In this document: piece after piece, positions 8,905 through 16,582 of the stretch
Layout: every line of letters begins with the position of its first letter
How positions within the stretch are numbered: the stretch's first letter is position 1
Source of the DNA: Bacillota bacterium
GTDB taxonomy: Bacteria > Bacillota > Sulfobacillia > Fermentithermobacillales > Fermentithermobacillaceae
Reading direction: 5' to 3'
Length of the DNA stretch: 64,000 bases
Assembly (NCBI GenBank): GCA_050952125.1
Contig: JBMNKK010000004.1
Location: 267,671-331,670 of the forward strand
Program-made: the position numbers and the translations under genes
The notes under the pieces: generated by a model
Database searches by the model: none
What the model was told of the DNA's origin: nothing
What the model saw: the letters and a program-made list of their open reading frames with translations, nothing else

Positions 8905-8944
8905 CCGCTTACGGAGCATCGATAAGGATTTCGACAGCCGCCTC

Positions 8945-9622
8945 TTATCGCATCAACACGTTCTCTGCCGCCGTCCGAGACCCGTTCTTCGAGTCAAGGT
9001 ATCTCTCAAGCTTCCGCTTGACACGCTGCAGCGCGTTGTCGATGGATTTGACGTGCCTCTGGAGATCGTCCGCGATCTCCAAGTACGACTTTCCATCCAG
9101 GTACGAGTTTAAAACTTGCCACTCTAGATCGCTGAGAATCTCGGTGATTTTGGTTTCCATCGAACCAATTTCCTCGGTGTTGATCACCAGCTCCTCAGGG
9201 TCGAGAACCTGTGTTCCAGGCATGATGTCCAAAAGGGTCCGGTCTGAGTCCTCATCGTAAATCGGCCTATTCAAGGAAACGTAGGAGTTCAGCGGTATGT
9301 GCTTCTGCCTGGTGGCTGTCTTGATAGCCGTGATGATCTGCCTGGTGATGCAGAGCTCGGCAAACGCCTTGAATGAAGCCAGTTTGTCGCTCCGAAAATC
9401 CCTTATCGCCTTATAAAGCCCAATCATGCCTTCCTGTATGATGTCTTCCCTGTCTGCCCCAATTAGGAAGTAGGATCTCGCCTTCGCCCTTACAAAACTC
9501 TTGTACTTATTTATGAGGTATTCCTGAGCAACAACCGACCCTGCTCTCGCTATCTCGACAACTTCCTCGTCCTGAAGAATCTCAAATGCAGAATACAGAT
9601 CACTCTGCGGGCCGATAGCCAA
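8945..9622 (-). CDS. sigH: RNA polymerase sporulation sigma factor SigH
   Basis: 225 aa. Regions 2 and 4 of a sigma-70-family factor are present (..DIIQEGMIGLYKAIRDF.. and ..LEIADDLQRHVKSIDNALQRVKRKL..). The position upstream of rpmG-secE-nusG matches Bacillus spo0H synteny. Confidence 0.85.
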   Translation of the reverse strand: MAIGPQSDLYSAFEILQDEEVVEIARAGSVVAQEYLINKYKSFVRAKARSYFLIGADREDIIQEGMIGLYKAIRDFRSDKLASFKAFAELCITRQIITAIKTATRQKHIPLNSYVSLNRPIYDEDSDRTLLDIMPGTQVLDPEELVINTEEIGSMETKITEILSDLEWQVLNSYLDGKSYLEIADDLQRHVKSIDNALQRVKRKLERYLDSKNGSRTAAENVLMR

Positions 9623-9712
9623 AAAGCACCCCTCCCCCGGTCCCTGGAGCTTTCTCTAACTACCCGCGAAAAAACCCAACACACCTATTGCCAAGGTAAT
9701 TGGGACAAACCC

Positions 9713-9742
9713 ATTATACTTTTGTCAACTAGACTAAATCAA
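9713..9742 (-). promoter_or_regulatory. Candidate sigma-A promoter for sigH (TTGATT-18-TATAAT) with embedded TTGACA
   Basis: The minus strand reads TTGATTtagtctagTTGACAaaagTATAATggg about 90 nt upstream of the sigH start. The long leader ends in a GGGGGAGGGGTG RBS. Confidence 0.4.
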
Positions 9743-9752
9743 TAGAAGCCCA

Positions 9753-10541
9753 TTACGGCTTTTGGCTGGTCTTTTCTCGTCTCTGCCTCTGGCACTCGCA
9801 TATGGCCATTGCACAGGCTACGCTGGCGTTAAGGCTGCCTATCCTTCCTGTCATGGGTATCTTCACAAGAAAATCGCATTTTTCTCGTGTCAGGCGAGAT
9901 AGTCCCCTATCCTCTCCGCCGACTATCAGGGCAACCGGGCCGGATAGGTCGGTGGTCCATATGTCTGAAGGGGCATCTGCATCGAGTCCGTACACCCACA
10001 GTCCCTCGCGCTTGGCCCATTCAATAAAGTAGTGGATATTCGGAACCTGGCAGATGGGCTGTACAAAGATGGCTCCGGCCGAGGACTTGGCGGCGCCTTC
10101 TCCTATGCCTGCGCTGCGGTGTCGTGGGACAACAACCCCATCCACACCCATAGCCAGGGATGTTCTGGCGATCGCGCCCAGGTTGTGCGGGTCTTCAATA
10201 CCATCTAGGGCGACGAAGAAAGGAGCCTGTCCGGGAGGGATGTCCCTCTTCACGTCGTCAAGACTCTTCATCTGCACCTCTCTGACTATTGCCGTTACGC
10301 CCTGGCTTTGGCGTGGATAACTGCGGTCGAACGCGTGAGGTTCCATAGTGGACGACCTTACGCCAAGAGATGCCGCCTTCGCGGCTATCGCTTGCAGGAA
10401 GGCATCTTTCGGTCCCTGTCTGAACACAACTTCGCGGACCGGCCAGCCGTTTGACAGAGCCTCGTTTACCGGCTGCCTGCCGTAGATCTGGATATAACCG
10501 GTAGCTCGCGATCGTCTCACTCTCGCTGACACCCGCTTCAC
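9753..10541 (-). CDS. rlmB: 23S rRNA (guanosine-2'-O)-methyltransferase RlmB (TrmH/SpoU family, YacO-like)
   Basis: 262 aa with SpoU_methylase motifs (..LDGIEDPHNLGAIARTS.., ..IPMTGRIGSLNASVACAMAI..). The position next to sigH is conserved. Confidence 0.8.
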   Translation of the reverse strand: MKRVSARVRRSRATGYIQIYGRQPVNEALSNGWPVREVVFRQGPKDAFLQAIAAKAASLGVRSSTMEPHAFDRSYPRQSQGVTAIVREVQMKSLDDVKRDIPPGQAPFFVALDGIEDPHNLGAIARTSLAMGVDGVVVPRHRSAGIGEGAAKSSAGAIFVQPICQVPNIHYFIEWAKREGLWVYGLDADAPSDIWTTDLSGPVALIVGGEDRGLSRLTREKCDFLVKIPMTGRIGSLNASVACAMAICECQRQRREKTSQKP

Positions 10542-10590
10542 TTCAGGATGAGGGAACCGGCTCGCGCCTGCGAAATACGCCGGAGGCCGG

Positions 10591-11433
10591 TCACTTCGGC
10601 TGCTTCTTCTTTTCTTCGTACGCCTCTTTCAATGCCTCCAACGTTGGCGCCCTGCCACAGCTCATCTTGCCCTCGGGACAGTACCCCAAATCCTCACATG
10701 AAGCTCCTGCACGATAGAAGATATTTGGAGCTATCCGCTTGTATTCATCAAGTAGTTCCGTAAACATCTTCCGGATCTCCCATTGCGCCCTTTGGCAGCA
10801 CCGGAGGTTAAACATGTGCCTGAGTTGCCTGGCGTTTGTGGTGATGACAAACCTGGTCTCAGTAGCGTTAGTTAGGGCAAACCTGACGTCCTCCGCGGGA
10901 AGCCCCAGTTCAAGCCCTTCCCTCTGAATGCCCATGACCTCATCTTGAAGCCTTTGAAACCTCTCGGCAAACTCGGGGTGCCGGGCAAAACTGGGAGGCA
11001 TAACATATCTGAAGTTGTCTTCTTTGACATAACGCTGAGATTGCTGCAACTGCGACGTGTCGGGCGACCCCTGCTCCGGAGCGTTTATGTAGATCACTCC
11101 GGCGTCCTTGAACATCTTCATCAGCCTGTGGCGGTCATTCTGTTGGCTCGAAATTCGCGAGTAACCCTCAACTGCGAAGGTGGTGTACCAGTGTTCCAAG
11201 GCGCCCATGTGTCCCATCTCGATTAGGTTCCGTACGAACTCGCCGGCTTTTCCGTCTGAGGGCTTATTACCTGTCAGGAGATCCCCCATTCTGCCGATCC
11301 CCATTGGCGAGTAGCATAGTCTAGCGAGGAGCAGCAGTCGTTCGGTGTTGATCTCGGTTCCCATGAACGGATAGTACAAGACCTTCACTTTGAGGCCGAC
11401 CTGTTGTGGAGTGCTTCTCTCTTGCTCTGCCAT
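10591..11433 (-). CDS. thyX: FAD-dependent thymidylate synthase ThyX, with N-terminal extension and Cys-rich C-terminal tail
   Basis: ..HMGALEHWYTTFAVEG..RHR.. and ..FVITTNARQLRHMFNLRCCQRAQWEIRKMF.. align in memory with T. maritima ThyX (HETPFEHIVFTF..RHR and [25 protein letters not shown]). The C-terminus ..CEDLGYCPEGKMSCG is unusual. Confidence 0.7.
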   Translation of the reverse strand: MAEQERSTPQQVGLKVKVLYYPFMGTEINTERLLLLARLCYSPMGIGRMGDLLTGNKPSDGKAGEFVRNLIEMGHMGALEHWYTTFAVEGYSRISSQQNDRHRLMKMFKDAGVIYINAPEQGSPDTSQLQQSQRYVKEDNFRYVMPPSFARHPEFAERFQRLQDEVMGIQREGLELGLPAEDVRFALTNATETRFVITTNARQLRHMFNLRCCQRAQWEIRKMFTELLDEYKRIAPNIFYRAGASCEDLGYCPEGKMSCGRAPTLEALKEAYEEKKKQPK

Positions 11434-11485
11434 GCTTGTCCCTCCAAATCATTGTGTCCGGCTCGTGCGGCGGTTGTTTACTGCG

Positions 11486-12682
11486 CTATCCCGCGGTTGT
11501 TTCTCTCTTTAGGGTAGCGGTACAGAAAGCAGCAATGCCCTCTCCCCTGCCGGTGAACCCCATTTTCTCGCTGGTGGTGGCCTTAATCGACACACAGTCA
11601 ACCGAAATCCCGAGCGCGGAAGCGATATTTGCCCTCATCAGGGCGGCAAAGGGGGCGATCTTCGGTGCTTCCGCGACAATCACCGAATCCAAATGGACCA
11701 CTTCGGCTTTGGCCGAGAGTTGCAGCCACAGATCCTTTAGCAGGGCAAGGCTGCATGCGTTCCTGTACTTGGGATCGCCGGGCGGGAACCACTGGCCGAT
11801 GTCTCCTACCGTAAGGCCGCCGAGTATGGCGTCCATCGCCGCGTGAACAAGAACGTCGGCGTCGGAGTGACCCTCGAGCCCTTTGTCAAAGGGGATGGTC
11901 ACGCCTCCTATCACACACGGCCTTCCTTCTGCAAACGGATGGACATCAAAACCAATCCCGGTAACCGTCACCCGCTCGCTCGCCTCACGTCCATCCTTCA
12001 CCTTTCGAAAATCCTCGGGGTAGGTCAACTTGATGTTGTCTCGCTCGCCCGGTACCACCGCGACCGGAATACCCAGGCGTTCTATCAGCTGGCTATCGTC
12101 GGTGGCTTCAAATCCGTCCTCAAAGGCCCGCATATACGCCTCGACAAGTGTTTCCCTGTCAAACACTTGCGGCGTCTGTACCATAAGCAGGCTCTTCCTA
12201 TCGAGAGTCTCCGCCACTCGCATCTCGCCCGGCACAAGCCTTTTCACCGTATCAGCGGGGCTGATTCCGGGAACTGCCGCGCCGTGCTCCATGCAGGCCT
12301 CGAAAACCCTACGGAACAGTCCGGGTGAAAAGAAGGGGCGCACCGCATCGTGAACCGCGACCCACTTGGCCCCTTGGGGCAAGAGAGACAGAGCGTTCAT
12401 GACCGATTCCTGCCGCGTCTTGCCTCCGGAAACGGTGAGCACAGGCGTTACCTTAGTGCCCAATGCCTCTACTCTGAGTGCGGCAGAGGTGCCGCGCCCG
12501 TAAGCGCCTGACGGCGGCAGGGCGACAATCACGCCTGCCACCTCAGGCATTTTCAGGAATCGATTTACGGTGGTTTCGAGCACGGTAGAATCGCCTAAGA
12601 GCGTGAACTGCTTAGGTACATCCGTGGAGGCCCGAACCCCTTGTCCGGCAGCGGGGATTATGACCCATACCGACCGGTCCAA
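11486..12682 (-). CDS. ispDF: Bifunctional 2-C-methyl-D-erythritol 4-phosphate cytidylyltransferase / 2-C-methyl-D-erythritol 2,4-cyclodiphosphate synthase
   Basis: 398 aa. The N-terminal IspD part (..VIIPAAGQGVR..) is fused to a C-terminal IspF part (..GIGFDVHPF..HSDADVLVHAAMDAILG..). Confidence 0.9.
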   Translation of the reverse strand: MDRSVWVIIPAAGQGVRASTDVPKQFTLLGDSTVLETTVNRFLKMPEVAGVIVALPPSGAYGRGTSAALRVEALGTKVTPVLTVSGGKTRQESVMNALSLLPQGAKWVAVHDAVRPFFSPGLFRRVFEACMEHGAAVPGISPADTVKRLVPGEMRVAETLDRKSLLMVQTPQVFDRETLVEAYMRAFEDGFEATDDSQLIERLGIPVAVVPGERDNIKLTYPEDFRKVKDGREASERVTVTGIGFDVHPFAEGRPCVIGGVTIPFDKGLEGHSDADVLVHAAMDAILGGLTVGDIGQWFPPGDPKYRNACSLALLKDLWLQLSAKAEVVHLDSVIVAEAPKIAPFAALMRANIASALGISVDCVSIKATTSEKMGFTGRGEGIAAFCTATLKRETTAG

Positions 12683-12685
12683 CTC

Positions 12686-13813
12686 TTATTCCGCCTTATC
12701 CAGGTATTTCGGGCGCGCAAACACCATGCGCCCTGCGGGCGACGTGTGGACGTTCGTGACCACAACGGGTATCTCCTCGTTGAGGTGTCTCTTGGCCTGC
12801 TCCACCACGACCATAGTGCCGTCGTCCAAGTACCCGATCCCCTGGCCGGGTTGCTTTCCTTCCCTGTGGATCTCAACAGACAACTCTTCTCCGGGCGCAA
12901 CCATGAGCTTCAGCGCATTCGCCAGCTGGTTGACGTTAAGAACCCCAACCTGCTGAAGTTCGGCTATCTTGGCCAGATTGTAGTCCGTAGTTATGACGTC
13001 CGCTCCCGTTGCCTTTCCCATCTTGAGAAGCAAAGCATCAACGTCTTCGCTCTGGTCCGTTGGCCAGTCCCACGTGAGCACCTCCAGCGGGATATCGCGC
13101 TGCAGAGTGTTCAGGGTATCCAGGCCTCTCCGGCCCTTATTCCTTTTGAGATTGTCGGCTGAATCGGCAATGCGCCGCAGCTCGTCCAGAACGAAGTTAG
13201 GGATGATGATCTTGCCCTCAATGAAGCCCGAGCGGCAGATATCGACTATCCTGCCGTCAATAATGGTGCTCGTGTCGAGGAGTTTGGGGGCAGCCTGGCC
13301 AAACGGAAGCTCTCCCTTCCGCTCCATTTGGCGTTGGGTACGTCCACCCCTCATTGCCTGCCTCAATCTGGCAGGGCTTAGCGACACCAGATCCTCCTTC
13401 TTGCTTCTCGCCACGGCAATCCCGATGTAACCGAGGATAACCATGGCGATCGCCGGCAGGAACACGCCCACGATAGGAATCCTGGCGAGAGACGGGGCTA
13501 ACAAATTAGCAATTATAAGACCAACTATAAGCCCCCCGGCTCCAACCACGATATCCTGCAGCGATGCACCTACCACAGACTTGGCCAGCCAATCCACTCC
13601 ACCAACGATCGCCCTTGAAACCGGTGCTCCAATGAAGAAAAAAGCCACCGCGAGAACTGCTGCGGCAAACACAATGACACCTGCGGACACATAGACTGTG
13701 AACTCCTGCTTCAGCAGGTTCTCCAAAGGGGCGATCAGGTAAAACGCGCCCACACCGCCCAGAAGAGCTCCGGCCATCGCGAAGTAGCGACGGACCTTAT
13801 CCAAAAACAGCAC
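12686..13813 (-). CDS. yacL: PIN/TRAM domain membrane-associated protein YacL
   Basis: 375 aa with N-terminal TM helices, a central PIN-like domain and a C-terminal TRAM-like beta domain. It lies between ispDF and the stress operon as in Bacillus. Confidence 0.7.
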   Translation of the reverse strand: MLFLDKVRRYFAMAGALLGGVGAFYLIAPLENLLKQEFTVYVSAGVIVFAAAVLAVAFFFIGAPVSRAIVGGVDWLAKSVVGASLQDIVVGAGGLIVGLIIANLLAPSLARIPIVGVFLPAIAMVILGYIGIAVARSKKEDLVSLSPARLRQAMRGGRTQRQMERKGELPFGQAAPKLLDTSTIIDGRIVDICRSGFIEGKIIIPNFVLDELRRIADSADNLKRNKGRRGLDTLNTLQRDIPLEVLTWDWPTDQSEDVDALLLKMGKATGADVITTDYNLAKIAELQQVGVLNVNQLANALKLMVAPGEELSVEIHREGKQPGQGIGYLDDGTMVVVEQAKRHLNEEIPVVVTNVHTSPAGRMVFARPKYLDKAE

Positions 13814-13931
13814 CTCCTTGCATAAAGACTAACTGACTTATTATAGTCGAGGCTACGAGTCTCCTCCAAGCACTACGTAACAGCGAATCGCTTAGTTCCC
13901 GCCCCTCCCAGGAGTTGGCTCCCCCCGCGGT

Positions 13932-13961
13932 TTGACGTAAAACACCAGTTAATGGTACAAT
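13932..13961 (+). promoter_or_regulatory. Candidate sigma-A promoter for carD (TTGACG-18-TACAAT)
   Basis: TTGACGtaaaacaccagttaatggTACAAT lies about 25 nt upstream of the AGGAGGT RBS and the ATG of carD. Confidence 0.5.
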
Positions 13962-13987
13962 AGAACACGTAATGTTTAGTAGGAGGT

Positions 13988-14485
13988 ATGCCGATGTTTA
14001 AGGTCGGTGACCGCGTCGTCTATCCGATGCACGGCGCCGGAACTATAGAAGGTGTGGAAGAGAAGGAAATCCTCGGAAAAAACCATAAGTACTACGTCCT
14101 TAGACTTCCCATCGGAGACATGAAGGTCATGATCCCGGTCGACAACACCGAGGGCATTGGCCTTAGAGACGTGATCTCCTCCGAAGAAGTCGACAAGGTC
14201 ATGGGCGTCCTGAAACAAGAATGTACTGCCATGTCCACCAACTGGAACCGGCGCTACAGATCGAACCTGGAGAAGATCAAGAGCGGCGACATCTACGAGG
14301 TGGCAGATGTGGTTCGCAACCTGGCTGCCAGAGAACGAGAGAAGGGCCTGTCAACCGGTGAGCGTAAAATGCTCGATAGCGCAAAAGAGATACTCATATC
14401 CGAGCTTATCCTCGCCAAAAATTGGGATCGGGAAGAAACCATTACAATCCTCGACAATGTGCTGGCGCAAGAGGCGCAGAACTAA
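13988..14485 (+). CDS. carD: CarD/CdnL-family RNA polymerase-binding transcription regulator
   Basis: 165 aa starting MPMFKVGDRVVYPMHGAGTIEGVEEKEILGKNHKYYVL... The N-terminal Tudor-like RNAP-interacting domain is typical of CarD_CdnL_TRCF. Confidence 0.8.
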   Translation: MPMFKVGDRVVYPMHGAGTIEGVEEKEILGKNHKYYVLRLPIGDMKVMIPVDNTEGIGLRDVISSEEVDKVMGVLKQECTAMSTNWNRRYRSNLEKIKSGDIYEVADVVRNLAAREREKGLSTGERKMLDSAKEILISELILAKNWDREETITILDNVLAQEAQN

Positions 14486-14561
14486 TTGACGCACTTCAAA
14501 CGCCTTTCTTGACTCCCAGTTACCGCTACAGTACAATGGATTTTGCGTTCAAGCACGGGAT

Positions 14562-14637
14562 GGGCGTGTGGCTCAGTTGGGAGAGCACTCGGTTCGCATC
14601 CGAGAGGTCGGGGGTTCGAATCCCCCCACGTCCACCA
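14562..14637 (+). tRNA. trnA: tRNA-Ala (anticodon CGC) with G3:U70 identity pair, CCA encoded
   Basis: GGGCGUGUGGCUCAGUUGGGAGAGCACUCGGUUCGCAUCCGAGAGGUCGGGGGUUCGAAUCCCCCCACGUCCACCA. The acceptor stem GGGCGUG pairs with CACGUCC, giving G3:U70, and the anticodon loop is UU-CGC-AU. Confidence 0.85.
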
Positions 14638-14674
14638 GGCTTTCTTCATCGTCCTTCTGCGAGGTGAAACAATA

Positions 14675-15073
14675 GTGAAAGATGTTCTCTGTGACGGCTT
14701 TCAAGAGACTGTAGAGAGCTACCTCATGAGGCACAGAAGCATCCTCGATGTAATGACCAAACTCACCGAATCCACGGGAAGAGTCAATCGCGCAGTTGCC
14801 AAAGCGGTGACCAACTGCGGCTGCATTGAAGTAGATGCCGTGAAGCAGAAGATTCCGCCCGATCTAGAGTCCCTCGAGAGCTTGAAAGAGTACATGAGCA
14901 CTCACGTTAAGGGAAAACTCTGTGAACACTGTACGGAAGTTTTGGAGGACGAGATAGGCCGCAACCTGTTTTACGTTGCCGCCCTATGCAGCATCCTAAA
15001 CCTGAACCTGCACGATATCCTGGTGAAGGAAAAGGAACGAGTGGCCTGCCTGGGCATGTACAATTTTTCCTGA
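14675..15073 (+). CDS. Hypothetical Cys-containing protein (CxC ... CxxC), function unknown
   Basis: The track ORF 14543..15073 overlaps the tRNA, so the start is re-assigned to the in-frame GTG at ~14675, preceded by a GAGGTG RBS. This gives MKDVLCDGFQETVESYLMRHRSILDVMTKL..TNCGCIEV..KLCEHCTEV..., with no family recognised by eye. Confidence 0.45.
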   Translation: MKDVLCDGFQETVESYLMRHRSILDVMTKLTESTGRVNRAVAKAVTNCGCIEVDAVKQKIPPDLESLESLKEYMSTHVKGKLCEHCTEVLEDEIGRNLFYVAALCSILNLNLHDILVKEKERVACLGMYNFS

Positions 15074-15091
15074 ATAACCGCCAAGAAGGAT

Positions 15092-16453
15092 TCATGACTT
15101 AGCACCTTTCAGGGCGTTCTGCACGGCCTCCTTGACCGTCGAAACGCCCTTAACGTTTGCTGCGCCTCTGTGCCGCTTAAGGTAAGCCTTAGGCACGAGT
15201 ATCTCTGCAAACCCCACTCTTTGGGCTTCCCTCACCCTGTCGTCCATTCGCGGAACCATGCGGACCTCACCGGACAGACCTATCTCTCCGAAACAAGCCA
15301 AGTTGGGCCTGACGGGCACCTCATAGAACGAAGACATTATCGCGATCCCTGCTGCAAGGTCTATTCCCGGCTCGTCGATCCTGATGCCGCCTGCCACCTT
15401 TACATATGCATCTTTGTTCTCCAACTGGCTTGCCAGCTTCTTGGCAAGTACAGCTAAGATCAGCGACGCCCGCTGATGATCGATCTCGCTGGTCACTCTC
15501 CGGGGCGCGCCGTATACACATGGCGCTACGAGCGCCTGCACTTCGAGGCACATTGCTTGGTTTCCCTTGAGACACACGCCGACGCACGAACCCACGTTCT
15601 CCGCGTTTCTTTCCGATAGGAATATCTCCGACGGGTTCGGAATCTCGACTATGCCCCGGTCCTCCATCTGAAACACGGCCACCTCGTTTGTAGGGCCGAA
15701 CCTGTTCTTCTGCGCCCTTACGATCCGGTAGAGGTGGTTCGAGTCGCCCTCGAAGTAAAGGACCGTGTCAACGAGGTGCTCGAGCAGCCTCGGCCCTGCT
15801 ATGCCGCCGGCCTTCACTGTGTGTCCCACCATTACAACGGTTACGTTGTTCTCTTTGGCGTACTGCTGCACTTTGGTGGCGCAAGACCTGACCTGCGTGG
15901 GGCCGCCCGGAAGGGATGTCACGCTTTCATCTTGACAGGTCTGTATGGAGTCGATCACCAATACTTCGGGCTTGATATCGCTGCACATGTCAAGGATTGA
16001 GTCGACATCCTGCTCGGCTGAGAAATAGAGGTTCTCCGACAGAACTCCGAGCCTGTCTGCACGCATCCTAACCTGGCTTTGCGATTCTTCGCCGGATGTG
16101 TACAGCACTCGCCCGTGAGACTTGGCGACAGTATCGGATACCGTGAGCAGCAGTGTGGACTTGCCGATGCCCGGTTCCCCCGCCAGCAGTATGACCGAAC
16201 CCGGCACAAACCCTCCGCCCAATACCCGGTCAAACTCAGGCATGCCGCTCAAAAAACGGGTTACGTCCTGGACGGGAACCTTGGACAAGATAACCGGCGA
16301 GGATTTGGCCCTCCCCTCTCTGGACTTTATGAGGGGCCGCTCAACTTCCTCTGTGAAGGTATTCCACTCTCCGCATTGGGGACATTTCCCGTACCACCGC
16401 GGGGTCTCATACCCACAGGATGAGCAGACGAATCTGGAAGAGGCGCGCGGCAT
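15092..16453 (-). CDS. radA: DNA repair protein RadA/Sms
   Basis: 453 aa with an N-terminal C4 zinc finger (CSSCGYETPRWYGKCPQCGEWNTF), a RecA-like Walker A (GEPGIGKSTLLL), the KNRFG motif and a Lon-protease-like C-terminal domain. Confidence 0.9.
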   Translation of the reverse strand: MPRASSRFVCSSCGYETPRWYGKCPQCGEWNTFTEEVERPLIKSREGRAKSSPVILSKVPVQDVTRFLSGMPEFDRVLGGGFVPGSVILLAGEPGIGKSTLLLTVSDTVAKSHGRVLYTSGEESQSQVRMRADRLGVLSENLYFSAEQDVDSILDMCSDIKPEVLVIDSIQTCQDESVTSLPGGPTQVRSCATKVQQYAKENNVTVVMVGHTVKAGGIAGPRLLEHLVDTVLYFEGDSNHLYRIVRAQKNRFGPTNEVAVFQMEDRGIVEIPNPSEIFLSERNAENVGSCVGVCLKGNQAMCLEVQALVAPCVYGAPRRVTSEIDHQRASLILAVLAKKLASQLENKDAYVKVAGGIRIDEPGIDLAAGIAIMSSFYEVPVRPNLACFGEIGLSGEVRMVPRMDDRVREAQRVGFAEILVPKAYLKRHRGAANVKGVSTVKEAVQNALKGAKS

Positions 16454-16525
16454 GTAACCATTCCTTTCTGTAGCTTTGCATCATTCTACCGCCGCCTCCG
16501 GCATTCCTTTACGGCGTAAAATGTC

Positions 16526-16550
16526 GAAGGCCCGGGTATGCCGGGCCTTC
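16526..16550 (-). promoter_or_regulatory. Perfect hairpin GAAGGCCCGG-gtat-CCGGGCCTTC between clpC and radA (candidate internal attenuator/partial terminator)
   Basis: A 10-bp perfect inverted repeat sits in the 129-nt clpC-radA spacer. A second small palindrome TTTACGgCGTAAA lies ~20 nt away. No strong U-tract follows on either strand. Confidence 0.35.
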
Positions 16551-16582
16551 CTATGCGTTTCCGCAACCTTGCGTCTGTTGAC

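Noticed and set aside
9623-9752. TTGACA-4 nt-TATAAT arrangement upstream of sigH as a promoter
   Set aside because: A 4-nt spacer is incompatible with sigma-A geometry. TTGATT 18 nt upstream of the same TATAAT is the more plausible -35 element. The TTGACA is noted as embedded but is not called.
16454-16582. Possible T-box or riboswitch leaders in front of radA, lysS and fhs
   Set aside because: The leaders are too short for T-box or THF/lysine riboswitches: 56 nt for lysS, about 90 nt for fhs and 129 nt for radA. No specifier-loop, T-box or conserved riboswitch core sequences were seen.
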